Assembly (NCBI GenBank): GCA_965223505.1
Contig: CBDCWP010000044.1
Span: 32,001 to 96,000 of the forward strand
Length of the DNA: 64,000 nt
Source of the DNA: Planctomycetota bacterium
GTDB taxonomy: Bacteria > Planctomycetota > PLA2 > JAEUHO01
Direction of reading: 5' to 3'
Below, one piece after another: positions 60,202 through 64,000 of this stretch. The translations under genes and the position numbers were made by a program. Numbering within the stretch: position 1 is the first letter of the stretch; each line of letters begins with the position of its first letter. The notes beneath the pieces were generated by a model. It was not told where the DNA came from. It did not search any database and saw only the letters and a program-made list of their open reading frames with translations.

Positions 60202-62712
60202 ATGGCGCGTCTGATCGTCAAGTCCGGGGATGAGTCATCCACCGTCGAGCTCGACGCGGGGGAGGCCGCGCGCATCGGTCGCGACCCCGCGAACCAGGTC
60301 CCGCTCGGCGACGCCCAGGGCGTGTCGCGGCAGCACTGCCAGATCACGCCCGTTTCGAGCGGGGGGCGCACGCACTGGGAGCTGGTCGACCTCGGCGCGA
60401 CCAACAAAACGCGCGTCAACGGGAAGCCCACCGACCGCGTCGTGCTGACGACCGGCGACGTCATTCGCGTCGGCAAGGTCGAGATCACGTTCGAGGATCC
60501 GGACGAGGAAGCCGCGCTCAAGGACGCCGGGAGCAAGGGCGTCTGCTACCTCGAGTGGGTCGGCGGCGACAAGAAGGGCGACAAGATCTGGTTGGACGCG
60601 CCGCGCGTCACCTTCGGCCGGCGCGAGTCCAACACCGTCCCGCTCGACGACCGGATGAGCTCGGGGCACCACTGCGAGATCACCAAGGACCTGAACGGCT
60701 ACACGATTCGGGACCTCGGCTCGACGAACGGCACGCTGCTCAACGGCGAGCCCACGACCGAGGCCACGCTCACGCACGGCAACCGCATTCGCATCGGCAA
60801 CAGCCGCTTCGCCTTCAAGGACCCCTCGATGAAGGACATCGAGGTCGAGTTGTCGCAGTTCGAGGAGGACGGCGACTGGGGCATGATGGGGGACATCGAC
60901 CTGACGAAGGCCAAGGGCTCCTACGCCGGCCTGCTCATCGGGCTCGTCATCATGGGCGGCGCGGCGTTCGGCGGGTGGTGGATCTCGCAGCAGCCGCCGA
61001 AGAGCGAGACGGAGTCGGGTGATCGCGGAAACCTCGTGGCCGGCGGCACCTACGACAACGTCGAAGACGCCGCCGACCTGCCGTGGACGACCGACGCGGA
61101 CGAGGAGTCGGTGTCCGTCTCGGTCGACCCCAAGGCGGGCCGCAACAGCCCCGGTCTGCTCATTCGCAACCTCACCACGGAGGAGGAGGGTGGCAGGGCC
61201 ATCGACGTCCTCTACTCCGAGGAGTTCGATCTGCTCGCGCGCGAGCCGCTGCGCGTCGAAGCCGCGATTCGACGCCGGTCCGGGTCCGGCGAGGCGCAGC
61301 TGCTCGCAACGTGGCACAACGTCGCGCGCAGCCTGGCCCACACCATCGAGATCGGTCATGCAGGTCCCGGCTGGTCGGTCGTCGGCGCGGAGCTGCCGAA
61401 GCCCACCTGGGCGAGCTCGCTCAGCCTGGGCGTGCGTGTCGCGCCGGGCGTCGCGCTCGCGATGGACGACGTGCGCGTCACACGCGTGAAGGAAGGCGGG
61501 TCGCAGCTCGTTTCGCTCAACGCGCCCGGAGGCGCGAGCGCGCATGCCGACGCCACCGGCGGTCTCGACATCGTCGACAGCATCCAGGAGCCGCTCGTCG
61601 TCGGCGCGCGGCCCGTGGCGAAGCTCGCCGACGGCACGGTCCTGCACGGATTCTCGCCGTCGGGCGACCCGACGTCCGCCGGCGGCGGCGTCGAGATCAG
61701 CGGTGCGTTCGACAACGACGGCGACGACGTGCCGGCGACCATCCGCTGGTCGACGACCGAAGAGGGCGTCAAGGCGACGGTCACGTGCGCAGGCGCCGCG
61801 GCGGTCGGCGTCGCGGCGAATCTGCCGCGCGCCCAGGTCGGCGACCTGGTCAACGTGTTGACCGGCACGCGCGCGCTCACGCTCCCCGCCTCCGGCGGCG
61901 CGACGGTCGACGACGTACGCAAGACCCTGGCGGGCAGCACCGACCAGAGCGGCGGGTCCCGCTTCTCGTTGGTCACGTTCGTGCCCGACCGCAGCGCATC
62001 GCTGGCGCTGAACGACGCGCTCGACGACTCGATTCTGAACGTCGTGCACTGGGTGAAGGGCGGCGAGGGCGCGGTCGAGCTGGTGACGCACTACGACAAG
62101 CAGCGCGACGCGGCGCAGGCGGCGCTGACTGCCGGGCTCCAGCTCCTGCGGGAGCGTCCGGGCGAGGGCATCGAGCGTCTGCGCGAGATCGCGCAGGAGT
62201 TCCCGTTCGACGAGGCCGTGAAGCGCACCGCCGGCGAGAAGGCCAACGCTGCGGAGAAGCAGGCGAACGAGGACGTGGCCGCGCTGAAGCAGGCGCTCGA
62301 CGCATTCCGGATCTACGGATCCGAGGAAGCGCTGGACGACGTCTCGACCCGGCTCGCCGCGCTGCAGGCGCAGTTCCCGCCGCGCGAGGGCGGCGGCGGC
62401 ATCATCGAGAGCGAGGTGGCCGAGATCGCGGCGGCGGTCGAGAGCGAACGCGCGGACTACTACGCCCGCTTCGCCGGTCCGGAGCTGAGCCGGCTGGAAC
62501 GGTTGGCGGACCTGCTGAAGGGCATCGAGGGCTACAAGCCGATGGCCGCGATGTTCTATCGCGCGATCGTCACTCGATTCGCGCACTTGAAGGGGGACGA
62601 CACGCCGTTGGGACGGCGCGTTCTCGCCGCGCAGAAGAACTTCGACGAGCTCATGGCGAACAAGAGCGTCGCGGACGCCGTTCCGCCGGCTCCCGCGAAG
62701 AAGGGAAACTAG
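60202..62712 (+). CDS. Double-FHA, single-TM protein with large extracytoplasmic region
   Basis: IGRD..VSRQHC..ATNKT and FGRR..HC..STNGT; TM YAGLLIGLVIMGGAAFGGWW; beta-rich then helical C-terminal part. Confidence 0.82.
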   Translation: MARLIVKSGDESSTVELDAGEAARIGRDPANQVPLGDAQGVSRQHCQITPVSSGGRTHWELVDLGATNKTRVNGKPTDRVVLTTGDVIRVGKVEITFEDPDEEAALKDAGSKGVCYLEWVGGDKKGDKIWLDAPRVTFGRRESNTVPLDDRMSSGHHCEITKDLNGYTIRDLGSTNGTLLNGEPTTEATLTHGNRIRIGNSRFAFKDPSMKDIEVELSQFEEDGDWGMMGDIDLTKAKGSYAGLLIGLVIMGGAAFGGWWISQQPPKSETESGDRGNLVAGGTYDNVEDAADLPWTTDADEESVSVSVDPKAGRNSPGLLIRNLTTEEEGGRAIDVLYSEEFDLLAREPLRVEAAIRRRSGSGEAQLLATWHNVARSLAHTIEIGHAGPGWSVVGAELPKPTWASSLSLGVRVAPGVALAMDDVRVTRVKEGGSQLVSLNAPGGASAHADATGGLDIVDSIQEPLVVGARPVAKLADGTVLHGFSPSGDPTSAGGGVEISGAFDNDGDDVPATIRWSTTEEGVKATVTCAGAAAVGVAANLPRAQVGDLVNVLTGTRALTLPASGGATVDDVRKTLAGSTDQSGGSRFSLVTFVPDRSASLALNDALDDSILNVVHWVKGGEGAVELVTHYDKQRDAAQAALTAGLQLLRERPGEGIERLREIAQEFPFDEAVKRTAGEKANAAEKQANEDVAALKQALDAFRIYGSEEALDDVSTRLAALQAQFPPREGGGGIIESEVAEIAAAVESERADYYARFAGPELSRLERLADLLKGIEGYKPMAAMFYRAIVTRFAHLKGDDTPLGRRVLAAQKNFDELMANKSVADAVPPAPAKKGN

Positions 62713-62714
62713 AC

Positions 62715-64000
62715 ATGCCCAGTGTCGGACTCGGGGTGACGATCGGCAGCCACTCGCTGCGCGCCGTGAAGCTGCGCCGCAAGGGTGAGGGGTTCGTGGT
62801 GCAGCGCGTGTTCTCGGACCGCGTGGACGACTCGACCCGTCCGGTGGCCGGCCGTGCGCTGGCTGCCCGCGGTTTCAAGGGAACGGACGCCACGCTCGGG
62901 CTGACCGGACGCGACGTCATCATCCGCTACACGCAGGTGCCGCCCGTCCCGGACTGGCGACTGCGCAACCTGATGAAGTTCGAGGTCGAGGAGGTGAGCA
63001 GCCAGTCGGGCGGCGACGTGTCGGCCGACTACCGCAAGCTCAACCTGCCCGACCCCGAAGCCGAGCGTGACGACGACACGATTCTCGTCGCCCTGGCGCG
63101 CAACCGCCATCTCGACAAGCAGATCCGATCCCTCGACGCCGGCGGCATCAAGCTCGGCGGCGGATGTCCGAACAGCGTCGCGTTGTTCAACGCGTTCGCC
63201 GTCAATGCGACGTACACCGAGGACGAGACGGCGCTTCTGGTCAACATCGGATCGGACAACGTCGACATCGCCATTCAGGAAGGCGGCGAGCTGCTGTTCG
63301 CGCGCAACGCGACGCCCGGCGGTCTCGCGTTCACCGAGGCGGTCAAGACCGCGTTCGGGACCACGGACAGCAAGGCCGAGAAGATGAAGCGTACGAAGGG
63401 TGACGTGACGCCCAAGGGCGAGGCGCGCTACCCGGATCCGACGAGCGAGAAGGTCGCCAACGCGATGATGGGCGTGGCCGGTCAGATGTCGTCCATGATC
63501 CAGTCGACGTTGATGATCGCGAAGGCGCAGACGCGCCTGCCGGAACTGAAGATCGACCGCGTGCTGCTCTCCGGCGGCGGCGCGAGCCTCAAGGGCCTCG
63601 ACAAGTACCTGAAGCAGGCGATGGGCGTCCCGGTCGAGCGGTTCAACCCGTTCGACATCTGCGACCTGAGCCAGCTTGGCGACGACGAAGCGAAGATGAT
63701 CGAAGACGCGCCGCATGAGTTCGCGGTCGCGGTCGGTCTGGCGCAGACGTCGCTGGCGCCGGCGGCGTTCGAGCTCTCGGTGCTGCCCGCAGCGCTGAAG
63801 CGCACGCGCGACTTCCTGAAGAAGGGGATCTACTCGGTCGCCGCCGCGCTGGTCATGGCGGGTGTGCTCGTGCTCATGTACATGGGCCGCAGCGAGGCCT
63901 CGCAGAAGGCGAACGACGACCTCAGGAAGATCTCGCGCAAGCTGAAGGAAGCCGATCGCAAGGACGAGCAGCTCCGCAAGGTGCTCAAGGTCGCGCAAGA
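62715..64000 (+). CDS. pilM: PilM-like actin-fold protein fused to a PilN-like segment, 3' end outside window
   Basis: Absent from the ORF track. MPSVGLGVTIGSHSLRAVKL, VIIRYTQVPP, LVNIGS, GGLAFTEAV, VLLSGGGASLKGL, FNPF, FAVAVGLA, then LSVLP, a TM helix and a coiled coil. Confidence 0.88.
   Translation, partial: MPSVGLGVTIGSHSLRAVKLRRKGEGFVVQRVFSDRVDDSTRPVAGRALAARGFKGTDATLGLTGRDVIIRYTQVPPVPDWRLRNLMKFEVEEVSSQSGGDVSADYRKLNLPDPEAERDDDTILVALARNRHLDKQIRSLDAGGIKLGGGCPNSVALFNAFAVNATYTEDETALLVNIGSDNVDIAIQEGGELLFARNATPGGLAFTEAVKTAFGTTDSKAEKMKRTKGDVTPKGEARYPDPTSEKVANAMMGVAGQMSSMIQSTLMIAKAQTRLPELKIDRVLLSGGGASLKGLDKYLKQAMGVPVERFNPFDICDLSQLGDDEAKMIEDAPHEFAVAVGLAQTSLAPAAFELSVLPAALKRTRDFLKKGIYSVAAALVMAGVLVLMYMGRSEASQKANDDLRKISRKLKEADRKDEQLRKVLKVAQ

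Overview
High-GC bacterial window; the gene content (CRTAC1/UnbV, TPR-secretins, multiple ExbD, TMTC-like GT-C, PilM-PilN fusion, FHA-sigma54 activator) suggests Planctomycetota/PVC, which is inference only. About 40 genes: a thioester alpha-2-macroglobulin (truncated at the left edge), a CRTAC1/UnbV protein, a CNNM protein, a cAMP module (CHASE2 cyclase, SH3, M48, MBL phosphodiesterase), two Opp-type ABC systems with large insertions around murJ/lptD-like/coaD, and a 16.5 kb minus-strand envelope locus. In that locus two paralogous TPR-secretin lipoproteins bracket two large TPR-like proteins, one ExbB/TolQ, three ExbD/TolR and a sulfatase-like protein. Then come UDG, a methyltransferase, an IS110 element, a glycosylation operon, rsmE, an FHA-GAF-sigma54 activator, an FHA-FHA membrane protein and a PilM-PilN fusion (truncated at the right edge). 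Best findings: (1) the IS110 sits exactly inside a GTAG-type REP, and its 3' non-coding end has a candidate bridge-RNA loop matching that REP; (2) the secretin-ExbBD-TPR locus is a candidate undescribed proton-motive-force-driven envelope machine, with a motif shared upstream of both secretins. No rRNA, tRNA or CRISPR array was seen.
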